Below, in pieces: positions 1 through 9,554 of a stretch of 27,062 nt of DNA. Position 1 is the first letter of the stretch; each line of letters starts with the position of its first letter. The position numbers and the translations under genes were made by a program. Source of the DNA: Pseudomonadota bacterium (GTDB lineage Bacteria; UBA10199; 2-02-FULL-44-16; JAAZCA01). Under the pieces are notes generated by a model that was given only the letters and a program-made list of their open reading frames with translations, did not search any database and had not been told where the DNA came from. The stretch covers positions 1 through 27,062 of the forward strand of contig JBDRBN010000002.1 in NCBI GenBank assembly GCA_043822785.1, written 5' to 3'.

Positions 1-138
1 TTTCGGCCTGCTTGCTCTCTCGCCCGGGCTTCATACAGTCAAGTCGCCTTGCTGCATGCCGGCTCTGATACAGCGTGCGTCAGGTCGCTTCGCTGATCCG
101 TCTCAAACGGACTGGCCTTCACAAACCTCGTGGCGCAC
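1..138 (-). mobile_element. Probable group II intron, 5' end (start of domain I), running off the left edge
   Basis: The - strand from 138 reads GTGCGCCACGAGGTTTGTGAAGGCCAGTCCGTTTGAGACGGATCAGCGAAGCGACCTGACGC...GCAAGGCGACTTG...GAAGCCCGGGCGAGAGAGCAAGCAGGCCGAAA. It has the GUGYG 5' splice-site consensus, GC-rich hairpins (TCCGT/ACGGA, CAAG/CTTG) and a sharp boundary with AT-rich flank. Recognised by resemblance only; domain V and any RT ORF are not in the window. Confidence 0.55.
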
Positions 139-163
139 ATATATCTGCAAATATCCATAACGC

Positions 164-183
164 GCTATTTTAATTAAAATAGC
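164..183. promoter_or_regulatory. Perfect 20-bp palindrome GCTATTTTAATTAAAATAGC (possible operator or hairpin)
   Basis: Exactly self-complementary; lies between the putative intron and the purB promoter. Function unknown. Confidence 0.35.
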
Positions 184-223
184 TATTTCTTCAAGGTATA
201 TTGTTGAAAGCAATGCAATGATC

Positions 224-275
224 GCGAGAACAGCGAGACCGGTTTTACTTTTCTCGCCGGTCTAGCTGGTCTCGC
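224..275. repeat. 9-nt period GCGAGA repeat with inverted arms
   Basis: GCGAGAACA GCGAGACCG ... TTCTCGC CGGTCTAGC TGGTCTCGC; same unit family as 9263, 9426 and 24676. Confidence 0.7.
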
Positions 276-295
276 TTTACTGCCATTATTTAAAG

Positions 296-324
296 TTGCA
301 TATGAACATGCTCTGGGCTATAGT
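296..324 (+). promoter_or_regulatory. Putative sigma70 promoter of the pur operon
   Basis: TTGCAT-N17-TATAGT about 90 nt upstream of purB. Confidence 0.55.
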
Positions 325-416
325 CGCCGCCCCTTCAGGGGCACATAAAAAGGCTTATATATCAGCAGGTTAGACTAAGCTTTAAATGTGAATTTATCAG
401 TTGAGGGTATCTTGGG

Positions 417-1715
417 ATGATTGAAAGATATTCCAGACCAGAAATTACATCAATTTGGAGCGATGCTTTTAAGTATGATCTTTGGCTTAAGATCGAGATC
501 GCAGTGTGCGAGGCCTGGGCAGCAAGGGGCAAGATACCGCCCAAATCCCTTGCAAAGATCAAAAAAGATGCTGCGTTTGATATAAAAAGGATCGAGGCCA
601 TTGAGGCAGAGGTACATCACGATGTCATAGCTTTTTTAACAGCAGTTGCAGAAAAAGTCGGTCCTGATTCCCGCCTCATCCACATGGGCATGACATCATC
701 AGATCTCATCGATACAGCCTTTGCACTCCAGCTTATAAAATCTGCAAAAATCATCGAACAAGGCATAAAAGATCTTCGTCATGCTCTAAAGACACTTGCC
801 AACACTCATAAAAATACCGTGATGATGGGGCGCTCGCACGGCATTCATGCTGAGCCCATAACCTTTGGTCTCAAGGTGGCTGTTTGGTACGATGAGTTTG
901 GTCGCCATGCTAGACGAATGAGCGAAGCCATAAAAGGCATCTCTGTTGGCAAACTATCCGGCGCTGTTGGTACATTTGCGCATATAGAGCCTGAGATGGA
1001 GAAGGAAGTTTGCGAAAAGTTTGGGCTGGCGCCAGCGTTCATATCCACGCAAATAGTGCAGCGCGATCGACATGCGCATTTCTTTTCTGTGCTTGCCGGC
1101 ATTGCCTCTTCAATAGAAAAGATCGCCGTGGAGATTCGCCATTTACAACGCACAGAGGTGCGCGAGGCAGCAGAGCCCTTTGGAAAAGCTCAGAAGGGAT
1201 CAAGCGCAATGCCCCACAAGCGCAATCCCATTCTCTGCGAAAATCTCACAGGTCTGGCACGCTTGGTAAGAGCTAACTCAATTGCTGCGCTTGAGAATGT
1301 GGCCCTGTGGCATGAGAGGGATATTTCGCATTCATCAGTCGAGCGCATTATAGCTCCGGATTCTACGATACTTGTAGACTTCATGCTGGCAAGGCTTGCA
1401 AAGGTTATAGAAGGACTTGAGGTGAATGCCGATAGGATGCGCTCCAACATCGAGATCTCTCATGGTCTTTATAACTCGCAGGATGTTATGCTAGCTTTGA
1501 TAAGAGAGGGCTTAAAGCGCGAGGATGCATATCGCATAGTGCAGGCCAAGGCCATGGAGTCCTGGAAGCAAGGTAAGTCGTTTTTTGAATTGCTTTCCCA
1601 AGATACTGAAATTACCTCTAGGCTGAGTGAAAAAGAGCTGAGAGAGATCTTCGATATCAAAAAGCACACAGCACATGTTGATGAGATATTTACGCGCGTG
1701 TTTGAGAAGGAGTAA
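417..1715 (+). CDS. purB: Adenylosuccinate lyase
   Basis: MIERYSRPE start, HDVIAF, GRSHGIHAEP, GSSAMPHKRNP signature, WHERDISHSSVER. Confidence 0.97.
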   Translation: MIERYSRPEITSIWSDAFKYDLWLKIEIAVCEAWAARGKIPPKSLAKIKKDAAFDIKRIEAIEAEVHHDVIAFLTAVAEKVGPDSRLIHMGMTSSDLIDTAFALQLIKSAKIIEQGIKDLRHALKTLANTHKNTVMMGRSHGIHAEPITFGLKVAVWYDEFGRHARRMSEAIKGISVGKLSGAVGTFAHIEPEMEKEVCEKFGLAPAFISTQIVQRDRHAHFFSVLAGIASSIEKIAVEIRHLQRTEVREAAEPFGKAQKGSSAMPHKRNPILCENLTGLARLVRANSIAALENVALWHERDISHSSVERIIAPDSTILVDFMLARLAKVIEGLEVNADRMRSNIEISHGLYNSQDVMLALIREGLKREDAYRIVQAKAMESWKQGKSFFELLSQDTEITSRLSEKELREIFDIKKHTAHVDEIFTRVFEKE

Positions 1716-1718
1716 CTT

Positions 1719-1958
1719 ATGCAAGCAAAAGTCTATGTCACATTAAAGAAGGGCGTTCATGATCCGCAAGGAGAGGCAGTAAAGCACACCTTGAACACAA
1801 TGGGCTACAAACACGTGTCAGGAGTGCGAGTTGGCAAGTTCATAGAGGTAAACCTTGCTGACAAGTCGCCAGACGAGGCCGAGGCTTCTCTTAAGGAGAT
1901 CTGCGAGAAGCTCTTGGCCAACACGGTTATCGAGAGTTATAAATACGAGTTAGTATAA
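1719..1958 (+). CDS. purS: FGAM synthase subunit PurS
   Basis: 79 aa; VTLKKGVHDPQG, VRVGK, LLANTVIESY; upstream of purQ. Confidence 0.96.
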   Translation: MQAKVYVTLKKGVHDPQGEAVKHTLNTMGYKHVSGVRVGKFIEVNLADKSPDEAEASLKEICEKLLANTVIESYKYELV

Positions 1959-1964
1959 CCGATT

Positions 1965-2049
1965 GTCATCGCGAGCCCCCAAAGATTGTTGGGGGGGGCG
2001 TGGCGATCCCCATTATTTCAGGAGATTGTTTCGCTTCGCTCGCAATGAC
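1965..2049. repeat. Palindromic intergenic element, copy 1
   Basis: GTCATCGCGAG...GTGGCGATC...GAGATTGTTTCG...CTCGCAATGAC between purS and purQ. Confidence 0.9.
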
Positions 2050-2072
2050 AATTCGCAACATAGGGATTCACA

Positions 2073-2774
2073 ATGAAGTTTGGTATAATCGTTTTTCCAG
2101 GAAGCAATTGCGATCATGATTGCCATCATGTCATAAACGAAGTGTTAGGCCATGATGGATATTTTCTTTGGCACAAAGATCGCGACCTTAAGGGTGCTGA
2201 GTGTCTAATTCTGCCCGGCGGATTTTCATATGGCGATTACCTTCGTTCCGGCGCGATGGCCGCGCGTTCTCCGATTATGGAATCAGTAAAAGAATTCGCA
2301 GATAAGGGCGGCCTGGTAATTGGCATCTGCAATGGATTTCAAATCCTTCAGGAAGCAAGGCTTCTTCCCGGCGCTCTTATGAGAAACGATTCCCTTAAGT
2401 TTGTGTGCAAGGACGTTCATCTGCGAGTGGAACGCGCAGACACTCCCTTTACGTGCGCGTGCACTCCAGGCGATGTGTTAAGGATTCCGATCGCTCACAT
2501 GGACGGCAATTTCTTTGCCGACAGAAAGTATGCAGCAAAGCTTGAAAGAGAAGGGCAACTCCTATTCCGCTATTGCGATTCACAAGGCAACATCACCGAT
2601 GAATACAATCCAAACGGCTCTGTACAGGCAATTGCAGGGCTCATAAATGAGTCAGGCAATGTCTGTGGCATGATGCCTCATCCAGAAAGATGCAGCGAAT
2701 CCATGTTGGGAAATAAAGATGGCCTTAAGATATTTGAATCGATCATCACCTGGGCAACGAAAAAAGGTAAATAG
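2073..2774 (+). CDS. purQ: FGAM synthase glutaminase subunit PurQ
   Basis: [35 protein letters not shown]. Confidence 0.97.
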   Translation: MKFGIIVFPGSNCDHDCHHVINEVLGHDGYFLWHKDRDLKGAECLILPGGFSYGDYLRSGAMAARSPIMESVKEFADKGGLVIGICNGFQILQEARLLPGALMRNDSLKFVCKDVHLRVERADTPFTCACTPGDVLRIPIAHMDGNFFADRKYAAKLEREGQLLFRYCDSQGNITDEYNPNGSVQAIAGLINESGNVCGMMPHPERCSESMLGNKDGLKIFESIITWATKKGK

Positions 2775-2777
2775 ATT

Positions 2778-4997
2778 ATGCGCAAGGATACAGAAATAAC
2801 TCCGATGCTTGTGGCAGAGCACGGAATCACACAAGATGAGTACAAACACATAATCTCTGTGCTCGGCCGTACTCCCAACATCACTGAGTTAGGTATCTTT
2901 TCTGTGATGTGGTCTGAGCATTGCTCTTATAAGAGCTCGCGAATCCATCTAAAGAACTTTCCCACCGACGGCTCACGGGTGCTGCAAGGACCAGGCGAGA
3001 ATGCGGGCATAATAGATATTGGCGATGGGTTGGCTGTGGCATTTAAGATGGAAAGCCACAACCATCCTTCCTTTATAGAACCTTATCAGGGTGCTGCCAC
3101 AGGCGTTGGTGGCATATTGCGTGACATATTCACGATGGGCGCGCGCCCCATAGCAAACATGAATAGCCTTCGCTTTGGTGATCCAAAACATTCCAAAACA
3201 CCTTATCTCGTGCGCGGCGTTGTTGCTGGCATAGGCGGCTATGGCAACACCATGGGAATACCTACTGTGGGCGGAGAGGTTGCATTCAATCCATGTTACA
3301 ATGGCAACATATTAGTAAACGCTTTTACGCTTGGGCTCATGAATGCAAATCGCATCTATCTTGGCAAAGCATCGGGCGTTGGCAATCCTGTGATCTATGT
3401 GGGCTCCAAGACTGGCCGTGACGGAATACACGGGGCCACCATGGCATCTGATGAGTTTGACGAAGCCTCAGATGAGAAGAGGCCCACGGTTCAGGTGGGC
3501 GATCCATTTACAGAAAAGCTTTTGCTGGAGGCGTGCCTCGAACTCATGGATACAGATGCCATTGTAGGAATACAGGACATGGGTGCAGCCGGATTCACAT
3601 GCTCTTCATTTGAGATGGCCGACCGCGCAGGCTCAGGCATGGAGCTTGATCTTGATCGTGTTCCTATTCGTGAGGAAGGCATGACGCCCTATGAGATCAT
3701 GCTCTCTGAATCACAAGAGCGCATGCTCATCGTAGCCAAGCAAGGGCGCGAGGATGATGTGCGCCGCATTTTCGAAAAGTGGGACTTGGATGTTGCTGTA
3801 GTTGGAAAAGTTACTGACGATGGTCGCGTGAGGGTTATGAAAGACGGCGAATGCGTAGCTAACATTCCGGTTGCGCCAATCGTGCATGAGGCGCCAATCT
3901 ATGATCGCCCGTCAGAAGAGCCGTCATGGCAGCGCCAAGTACAAAATCTTGATCTTTCAACTGTTCCTATACCTGATGATCTAAACGAGACTCTTGTCAA
4001 ACTTGTTTCCTCTCCTAACCTCTGCTGCAAGAGATGGGTGTGGGAGCAGTATGATCACATGGTCATGACTGGCACGGTTGTTCTGCCAGGTGCGGATGCT
4101 ACAGTAGTTCGCCTTAAGAATACTAAAAAGGGCATAGCCATATCAATTGACTGTCAAAGCCGCTTCTGTTTTCTCGATCCATATACCGGTGCCGCGCTTG
4201 CTGTGGCAGAGTCAGCTCGCAACCTGTCATGCGTGGGTGCAGAACCCCTGGCGATAACCGATTGCTTAAACTTTGGAAATCCAGAGCGGCCTGAGATCAT
4301 GTGGCAATTTAAGCAAGCTGTAGCCGGCATCACAGAGGCGTGCAAGCAGTTTGAAACGCCCGTCACCGGCGGCAATGTAAGTTTCTATAACGAGACAAAA
4401 GGCGAAGGCATTTACCCAACTCCCACGATAGGGATGGTCGGGCTGCTCGACGATGTGGACAAATTTTGCACTCCCTGGTGGAAGGAAAACGGGGATGTAA
4501 TAATCCTTTTAGGAAACGACGAGCCCGATCTTGGCGGCAGCGAGTATCTGTTTACGATTCATGGAAAAGTAGCAGGCCGTCCTCCACATATTGATTTTGA
4601 GAAAGAAAAGGCAGTGCAGAACGCAGTGCGAACCTGTATTCGCCGCGGCCTCGTTAGGTCTGCTCATGATGTATCTGAAGGAGGAATCGCCGTGACGCTG
4701 GCTGAATGCTCGCTAACGCGTCCTTCTGGAGTGCTCGGGCTTGAGGTAGATCTCGAAGAGCACATTCGCCCCGACGTACTGTTGTTTGGCGAGAGCGCTG
4801 CGCGCATCATCGTTTCTGCAAAGCCTGAGGACGCCGATGCGGTTATTTCAATAGCGCGTGAGCTCGGAGCTGTGGCTAGGCGCATAGGTACGGTGGGCGG
4901 AAGGCTCATCTCAATAAAAGGCATACTGTCTGTTGATCTGGCCGACCTTCACGCACGCTGGTCACAGGCGATGAAGGAGATGATTGATGACCAGTAA
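2778..4997 (+). CDS. purL: FGAM synthase subunit PurL (small form)
   Basis: [56 protein letters not shown]. Confidence 0.97.
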   Translation: MRKDTEITPMLVAEHGITQDEYKHIISVLGRTPNITELGIFSVMWSEHCSYKSSRIHLKNFPTDGSRVLQGPGENAGIIDIGDGLAVAFKMESHNHPSFIEPYQGAATGVGGILRDIFTMGARPIANMNSLRFGDPKHSKTPYLVRGVVAGIGGYGNTMGIPTVGGEVAFNPCYNGNILVNAFTLGLMNANRIYLGKASGVGNPVIYVGSKTGRDGIHGATMASDEFDEASDEKRPTVQVGDPFTEKLLLEACLELMDTDAIVGIQDMGAAGFTCSSFEMADRAGSGMELDLDRVPIREEGMTPYEIMLSESQERMLIVAKQGREDDVRRIFEKWDLDVAVVGKVTDDGRVRVMKDGECVANIPVAPIVHEAPIYDRPSEEPSWQRQVQNLDLSTVPIPDDLNETLVKLVSSPNLCCKRWVWEQYDHMVMTGTVVLPGADATVVRLKNTKKGIAISIDCQSRFCFLDPYTGAALAVAESARNLSCVGAEPLAITDCLNFGNPERPEIMWQFKQAVAGITEACKQFETPVTGGNVSFYNETKGEGIYPTPTIGMVGLLDDVDKFCTPWWKENGDVIILLGNDEPDLGGSEYLFTIHGKVAGRPPHIDFEKEKAVQNAVRTCIRRGLVRSAHDVSEGGIAVTLAECSLTRPSGVLGLEVDLEEHIRPDVLLFGESAARIIVSAKPEDADAVISIARELGAVARRIGTVGGRLISIKGILSVDLADLHARWSQAMKEMIDDQ

Positions 4998-5031
4998 CCA
5001 GTGACCAGTGACCAGTGACCAGTGACCAGTG
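4988..5031. repeat. Heptamer tandem array, 6 units of TGACCAG with one TAACCAG variant
   Basis: Read directly; the variant unit contains the purL stop codon (4995-4997). Confidence 0.95.
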
Positions 5032-5058
5032 GATCTCCTCATAACAAGGTGAAATTAT

Positions 5059-6456
5059 ATGTGCGGCATAACAGGAATTCATAACCATCCCGAGGCTTCT
5101 AAGATTGCCTACTTATGTCTTTATGCCCAGCAGCACAGGGGACAAGAGAGCTGCGGCATCGTATGTTCAGGAGATGATCAGTTTCGTCAGCATAAGGCCA
5201 TGGGCCTTGTAGCTGATAACTTCGACACCGAGGTCTTAGCAAGGCTGCCCGGAAAGAATTCCATCGGCCATGTGCGCTATTCCACTGCAGGCAGTTCAAC
5301 AATAAAAAATGCTCAACCATTTGTAGTCACCTCCAAGGTAGGGTTTTTGGCAATAGCGCATAACGGCAATCTCACAAATGCTATTAAGCTTCGCAACGAG
5401 CTTGAGGATGAGGGAGCGATCTTTCAATCCACAATGGACAGCGAAGTGATCATGCACCTCATAGCCCGGCAGAGAAGCGGTGAGCTTGTAGAAAGAATTG
5501 CCGCTGCGTTGCGAAAGGTCGAGGGCGCCTATTCGCTCACCTTTTTATCAGATGACGTCATGGTTGCAGCGCGCGATCCAAGGGGTTTCAGGCCTCTGGT
5601 CATAGGCCAGCTTGGCGAAGCATTTGTCGTTGTATCAGAAACATGCGCGTTGGATCTCATCGATGCTACATATGTTAGAGAAGTGAAGCCAGGCGAGATA
5701 GTGGTGTTTGAGCACGGCCAGATGCGTTCTTATGATTTGCTTTCTGACGGAAACAAGAAGAAAGCGCATTGCATCTTCGAATATATTTATTTCGCGCGCC
5801 CGGACAGCCACGTGTTTGGTCGCGATGTCTATAATATAAGAAAGGGTTTTGGGGCGCAGTTGGCAAGAGAGCATCCTGTAGAGGCCGACCTTGTAATTCC
5901 TGTACCAGATTCAGGCGTACCAGCTGCGGTGGGTTATTCGCAAGAGTCTGGTATACCTTTCGAGCTGGGCCTTATTCGAAATCATTATGTGGGCCGCACG
6001 TTCATCGAGCCCAAAAATGAAATTCGCCACTTTGGCGTGCGCATAAAACAAAATCCGGTTCGCGAAGCGCTCGAGGGCAAGAGGGTGGTAGTCATCGACG
6101 ACTCCATAGTTCGCGGTACCACCAGCATGAAGATAGTCAAGATGTTGCGCAGGGCTGGGGCCAAAGAGGTGCATATGCGCATCTCCAGCCCACCTACCAG
6201 CTGGCCGTGTTTTTATGGCATTGATACGCCCACAAGGCAGGAGCTCATAGCCAGCAAACAATCCGTTCAGGAGATATGCGACTTTCTCACCGCAGATTCG
6301 CTAGGCTATATCTCGCAGGACGCGCTTTACTGGTTTGAGAAAAAGGGCGAGCGCGAGTGGTTTTGCGATGCGTGTTTTACCGGCGAATATCCAGTAAGCC
6401 TTACCGATTCTCCCCAGATAATGGAAGAGGTTATGGAGATGAGGCGAAAAGGATAA
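5059..6456 (+). CDS. purF: Amidophosphoribosyltransferase
   Basis: N-terminal [58 protein letters not shown]. Confidence 0.97.
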   Translation: MCGITGIHNHPEASKIAYLCLYAQQHRGQESCGIVCSGDDQFRQHKAMGLVADNFDTEVLARLPGKNSIGHVRYSTAGSSTIKNAQPFVVTSKVGFLAIAHNGNLTNAIKLRNELEDEGAIFQSTMDSEVIMHLIARQRSGELVERIAAALRKVEGAYSLTFLSDDVMVAARDPRGFRPLVIGQLGEAFVVVSETCALDLIDATYVREVKPGEIVVFEHGQMRSYDLLSDGNKKKAHCIFEYIYFARPDSHVFGRDVYNIRKGFGAQLAREHPVEADLVIPVPDSGVPAAVGYSQESGIPFELGLIRNHYVGRTFIEPKNEIRHFGVRIKQNPVREALEGKRVVVIDDSIVRGTTSMKIVKMLRRAGAKEVHMRISSPPTSWPCFYGIDTPTRQELIASKQSVQEICDFLTADSLGYISQDALYWFEKKGEREWFCDACFTGEYPVSLTDSPQIMEEVMEMRRKG

Positions 6457-6471
6457 TTTGGAGTTTATATT

Positions 6472-7413
6472 ATGCGGATTCTCATAACAGGTTCAGCTGG
6501 GTACATCGGATCAAAGTCCGTTGAGCTCTTAAAGGAGCATGGCTACGAGATCTATGGTATCGATGTGCGCAAGCCCAAAAACATAGAGTCTTATACAAAA
6601 TTTGTAGAGGGATCTGTAAGCGATAAAGCTTCGATGGAAGATATTTTTAATGAAGCCAGGCCTGATGTTGCAATAAATTTAGCTTTTATAGTCGATGTTA
6701 CGCACGATATCAAAAAAGAAGAGGACGTGGCCCTGGGTGGGGCCCATAACTTTCTCAAACTGTGTGAAAAGTTCAAAGTGCCGCGGGTCGTTTATGTGTC
6801 CAGCGTGGCATCCTACGGAGCGCATGATCACAACATTAGTCTCATCGATGAGGGCGCGCCGCTTCGAGGAGTAAAGGGATATAGTTACTCGCGTCTTAAA
6901 GAACTTGCAGACAAGATGGCACAAAAATTCATGGCTGAGCATACCCGATGCCAGACAGTGATCCTGAGACCGTGTCTTGTGGTTGGACCCAACACAGACA
7001 ATCACTTTTTTGACATACTCAAGTGGCCGATCGTGCCGCAGATATGGGATAAGAAGGGCGTGCGCGATCCCGAATTTCAATTCATCCACGAGGATGACAT
7101 GGTAAGCTGTTTAGTCGCTACTGCTGAGAAACCTGTAAGCGGCATATTCAACGTGGCAGCAACGGGTACACAGCGTTACTCTGAATTGATAAAGCGCGCA
7201 GGCAAACTAAAGATGCCCCTGCCATACTTTGTTGTTTATCCCATTGCGTTTCTTTTATGGCATCTTAGGGTTATGTCTTCTCCGCCAGCCCAGCTTAACT
7301 TTATTCGTTTTCCTTGGATTATGGATGTATCAAAGATGCAGCAAGAGTTATATACGCCGACAAAGACGAGCGAAGAGGCGTTTGGGGAGTTTATAGAAGG
7401 CCAAAAACGCTAA
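6472..7413 (+). CDS. NAD-dependent epimerase/dehydratase (extended SDR)
   Basis: ILITGSAGYIG, YVSSVASYG, YSRLK (YxxxK), QFIHEDD. Confidence 0.9.
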   Translation: MRILITGSAGYIGSKSVELLKEHGYEIYGIDVRKPKNIESYTKFVEGSVSDKASMEDIFNEARPDVAINLAFIVDVTHDIKKEEDVALGGAHNFLKLCEKFKVPRVVYVSSVASYGAHDHNISLIDEGAPLRGVKGYSYSRLKELADKMAQKFMAEHTRCQTVILRPCLVVGPNTDNHFFDILKWPIVPQIWDKKGVRDPEFQFIHEDDMVSCLVATAEKPVSGIFNVAATGTQRYSELIKRAGKLKMPLPYFVVYPIAFLLWHLRVMSSPPAQLNFIRFPWIMDVSKMQQELYTPTKTSEEAFGEFIEGQKR

Positions 7414-7419
7414 GAGCTT

Positions 7420-7515
7420 GTCATTGCGAGGAGTCCCCCAACGATCTTTGGGGGACGACGAAGCAATCTCCTGGTCATCTTGAGATTGCTTCACCCCTGC
7501 GGGGTTCGCAATGAC
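7420..7515. repeat. Palindromic intergenic element, copy 2
   Basis: GTCATTGCGAG...GAAGCAATCTC...GAGATTGCTTC...TTCGCAATGAC just after the SDR stop. Confidence 0.9.
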
Positions 7516-7662
7516 ATTAATGATCCCTGTATTATCATCGCTATTTTGACTTATGGGTTAATATCTACCCATTTCATTCTGATCTAATATCCTATCCCTA
7601 TATATCTCCTTAATATCATTGCAAAATATTATCAAATCCTTCACGCTTTTTTTGAGGCGAAC

Positions 7663-7678
7663 TGGCATATCTCTTGCT
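7663..7678 (+). promoter_or_regulatory. Putative sigma54 (-24/-12) promoter
   Basis: TGGCATA-TCTC-TTGCT fits TGGCACG-N4-TTGCW with exact GG-N10-GC spacing, about 25 nt upstream of ATG 7703. Confidence 0.65.
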
Positions 7679-7702
7679 TATAACAGCATGTGGGAGGGAG
7701 TT

Positions 7703-9259
7703 ATGAATAAGAATAAGACATATTTAGGTCTACTCTTCGCCATAGTCCTCGCAATGTATATGGGTCTTGGCGCATGCGGTGCTGGGATCATATGGCCTGA
7801 TGGTAATGGTAATGGTAATGGCAATGGTAATGGCGGAGGAACTACTCCTCCTGCCCTTGTGGTTACCCATGTGGAAAACACGCGAGCTACAGAGACGTTT
7901 GCAGCGCCAGAAGGGGCAACAAGCTATGGAGTTAGCGTTGATGGAGCTGCCTGGGTGGCATTTACTCCTACATGTGTTTTAGGCACATGCACGTATATTG
8001 TTCCAAACCTCAATCCAAATGAGCTGTATTCGGTTGGCTTCAGATACACTACGAGTTCTGCGACATCTGCTGTTACCAATGCTACGATAGACACAACCCT
8101 CCAAGTAGCAAGCTTCACAGGTGGGGGAGCTTTGGGCACGAGTTTGGATGTGGGCGATGTAAACGGAGATGGCTATCCTGATTTCATCGTAGGTCCACAG
8201 GAGAACGATATAACAGATAGGAGGGCATATCTGTTTTTAGGAGGGCCAGGCAATTTTCCTCCTGCTACAGGCGCTACCCTCACCCCATGGGCAACCTTTG
8301 ATGCTGCAGCTTTAACCGCAGATCTAAATTTCCCTGTTAAGCTTGGCGATATAAACAACGATGGGATTGATGATGCGTTATTTGGCGAGGAACGCATGGA
8401 TGATCCCAACAATGGATCCATTCACATACTCAGCGGCAATCTCACGAGCGGAAATTATGATTCAAAATTAGATGCTGATTGGAATGTTGTGTATCTCGGA
8501 ACTCACGTTACGCGTTTTGGCCATTCATTTGATATATTTGATGACGATGGGGATGGTGTTAATTCTCTCATCATCGGTGCATATTGGTTTAACGCCAGGC
8601 GAGGACAAGTTTTTCAGGTAGATGGACCTATAACAGGAGATGTTGTTATTGGTGCGGGCAATGTCATCTTTACTGGCGCGGGCATAAATGATCAGGCTGG
8701 TATATTTGTAGGTAATGTGGGTGATATTGATAATGATGGTTTGGATGAAGGCATATTCACAAGCATGGTATTGATCCTTGGATTTCCGGAACAACATACG
8801 TATCGGTTTACCGATAATATCGGAGCTTTTTTTGGCCCTATTACTTATTTTAATAACGGCAGTCAGGTAGGCCAGGCCTATAGCCTAATACCAGGATGGT
8901 TTGCTCTTAGCGGCGGTCTAAGCGCCACTGGTGGGTTTGCCAACGTATACGACCAACGCACGGACATTAACGCACCTGCAAATCAGCTTACAAACGATAA
9001 CCGTCCGACCTTTGGTATGGGAATGTTTGTTGCTGATTTCTATCCTGGAAACGATGGCGTAGAGCTTGCAGTAGGTGCTGTGGATAGGGTCTATATCTAT
9101 AATGACTTTCCGAATATAAGTTTTACAGCTGATGCTGAACTCAGCATGCCCGGCATAAATGTAGAGGGTGCGGATTTTAATGCAGATGGGTATATTGATT
9201 TCTTGGTAGCGGATCCAACTGCCGGCGGCGGCGCAGGCGCGGTGTATGTGTATTACTAA
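7703..9259 (+). CDS. Predicted lipoprotein with FG-GAP/VCBS-like repeats
   Basis: Start moved from 7619 to ATG 7703 (GGAGGGAG RBS). Signal peptide with lipobox LGA-C, (GN)n linker, and repeated GDVNGDGYPD, GDINNDGIDD, GDIDNDGLDE, ADFNADGYIDF motifs. Confidence 0.85.
   Translation: MNKNKTYLGLLFAIVLAMYMGLGACGAGIIWPDGNGNGNGNGNGGGTTPPALVVTHVENTRATETFAAPEGATSYGVSVDGAAWVAFTPTCVLGTCTYIVPNLNPNELYSVGFRYTTSSATSAVTNATIDTTLQVASFTGGGALGTSLDVGDVNGDGYPDFIVGPQENDITDRRAYLFLGGPGNFPPATGATLTPWATFDAAALTADLNFPVKLGDINNDGIDDALFGEERMDDPNNGSIHILSGNLTSGNYDSKLDADWNVVYLGTHVTRFGHSFDIFDDDGDGVNSLIIGAYWFNARRGQVFQVDGPITGDVVIGAGNVIFTGAGINDQAGIFVGNVGDIDNDGLDEGIFTSMVLILGFPEQHTYRFTDNIGAFFGPITYFNNGSQVGQAYSLIPGWFALSGGLSATGGFANVYDQRTDINAPANQLTNDNRPTFGMGMFVADFYPGNDGVELAVGAVDRVYIYNDFPNISFTADAELSMPGINVEGADFNADGYIDFLVADPTAGGGAGAVYVYY
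7802..7834 (+). repeat. In-frame hexamer repeat (GGYAAT)n encoding a Gly-Asn linker
   Basis: GGTAATGGTAATGGTAATGGCAATGGTAATGGC. Confidence 0.85.
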
Positions 9260-9262
9260 AAT

Positions 9263-9298
9263 GCGAGAAAGGCGAGACAAGCGAGACAGGCGAGAAAC
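9263..9298. repeat. 9-nt tandem array, 4 units (GCGAGAMAV)
   Basis: GCGAGAAAG GCGAGACAA GCGAGACAG GCGAGAAAC; the first 28 nt are identical to 24676-24703. Confidence 0.9.
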
Positions 9299-9316
9299 GT
9301 AAAGATTTCTGGTGAT

Positions 9317-9346
9317 AACCCCCTGATAATCAGGGGGTTTTTCTTT
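9317..9346 (+). terminator. Intrinsic terminator
   Basis: AACCCCCTGAT-A-ATCAGGGGGTT hairpin followed by a T-rich tract. Confidence 0.75.
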
Positions 9347-9368
9347 GGGTAAATTCCTTACATAGGGC

Positions 9369-9395
9369 GCAACTTTTTTGTCGGCATGCCGATAA
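9369..9395 (+). promoter_or_regulatory. Possible sigma28-type promoter
   Basis: GCAAC-N14-GCCGATAA; perfect FliA -10 box, non-canonical -35. Confidence 0.35.
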
Positions 9396-9425
9396 GAGCA
9401 TGAACGCATGCTGCAATGCATATTG

Positions 9426-9452
9426 GCGAACTCAGTGAGACAGGCGAGAAAA
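9426..9452. repeat. Degenerate 9-nt array, 3 units
   Basis: GCGAACTCA GTGAGACAG GCGAGAAAA, just before palindromic copy 3. Confidence 0.6.
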
Positions 9453-9456
9453 GAAT

Positions 9457-9530
9457 GTCATTGCGAGGAGCGCAGGCGACGAAGCAATCTCCAGATCAAC
9501 GTGGGATTGCTTCGCTTCGCTCGCAATGAC
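9457..9530. repeat. Palindromic intergenic element, copy 3
   Basis: GTCATTGCGAG...CGAAGCAATCTC...GGGATTGCTTCG...CTCGCAATGAC. Confidence 0.9.
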
Positions 9531-9554
9531 ATACGTTTCTCGCAAAATAATAAT

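Noticed and set aside
39..140. 33-codon ORF on the - strand (MCATRFVK...)
   Set aside because: No RBS or motif; better explained as structured intron-like sequence.
325..416. Purine or ZTP riboswitch in the purB leader
   Set aside because: Only a short GCCCC/GGGGC-type hairpin; no conserved aptamer motifs seen.
1965..2049. Palindromic elements as integron attC sites or IS ends
   Set aside because: No RYYYAAC/GTTRRRY cores, no integrase or transposase, no consistent target duplication; they separate core housekeeping genes.
4906..5088. 60-aa - strand ORF containing [15 protein letters not shown]
   Set aside because: Translation of the heptamer array, antisense to purL and purF.
7314..7514. 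ORFs containing CHCEE or LLRRFTPRND peptides (also 12627-12980 and 19113-19721)
   Set aside because: Translations of the palindromic element overlapping real genes.
7619..7702. Longest-ORF starts at 7619, 10826, 20431, 22583 and 25419
   Set aside because: Downstream starts fit the RBS, promoter position, signal peptide or family N-terminus better.
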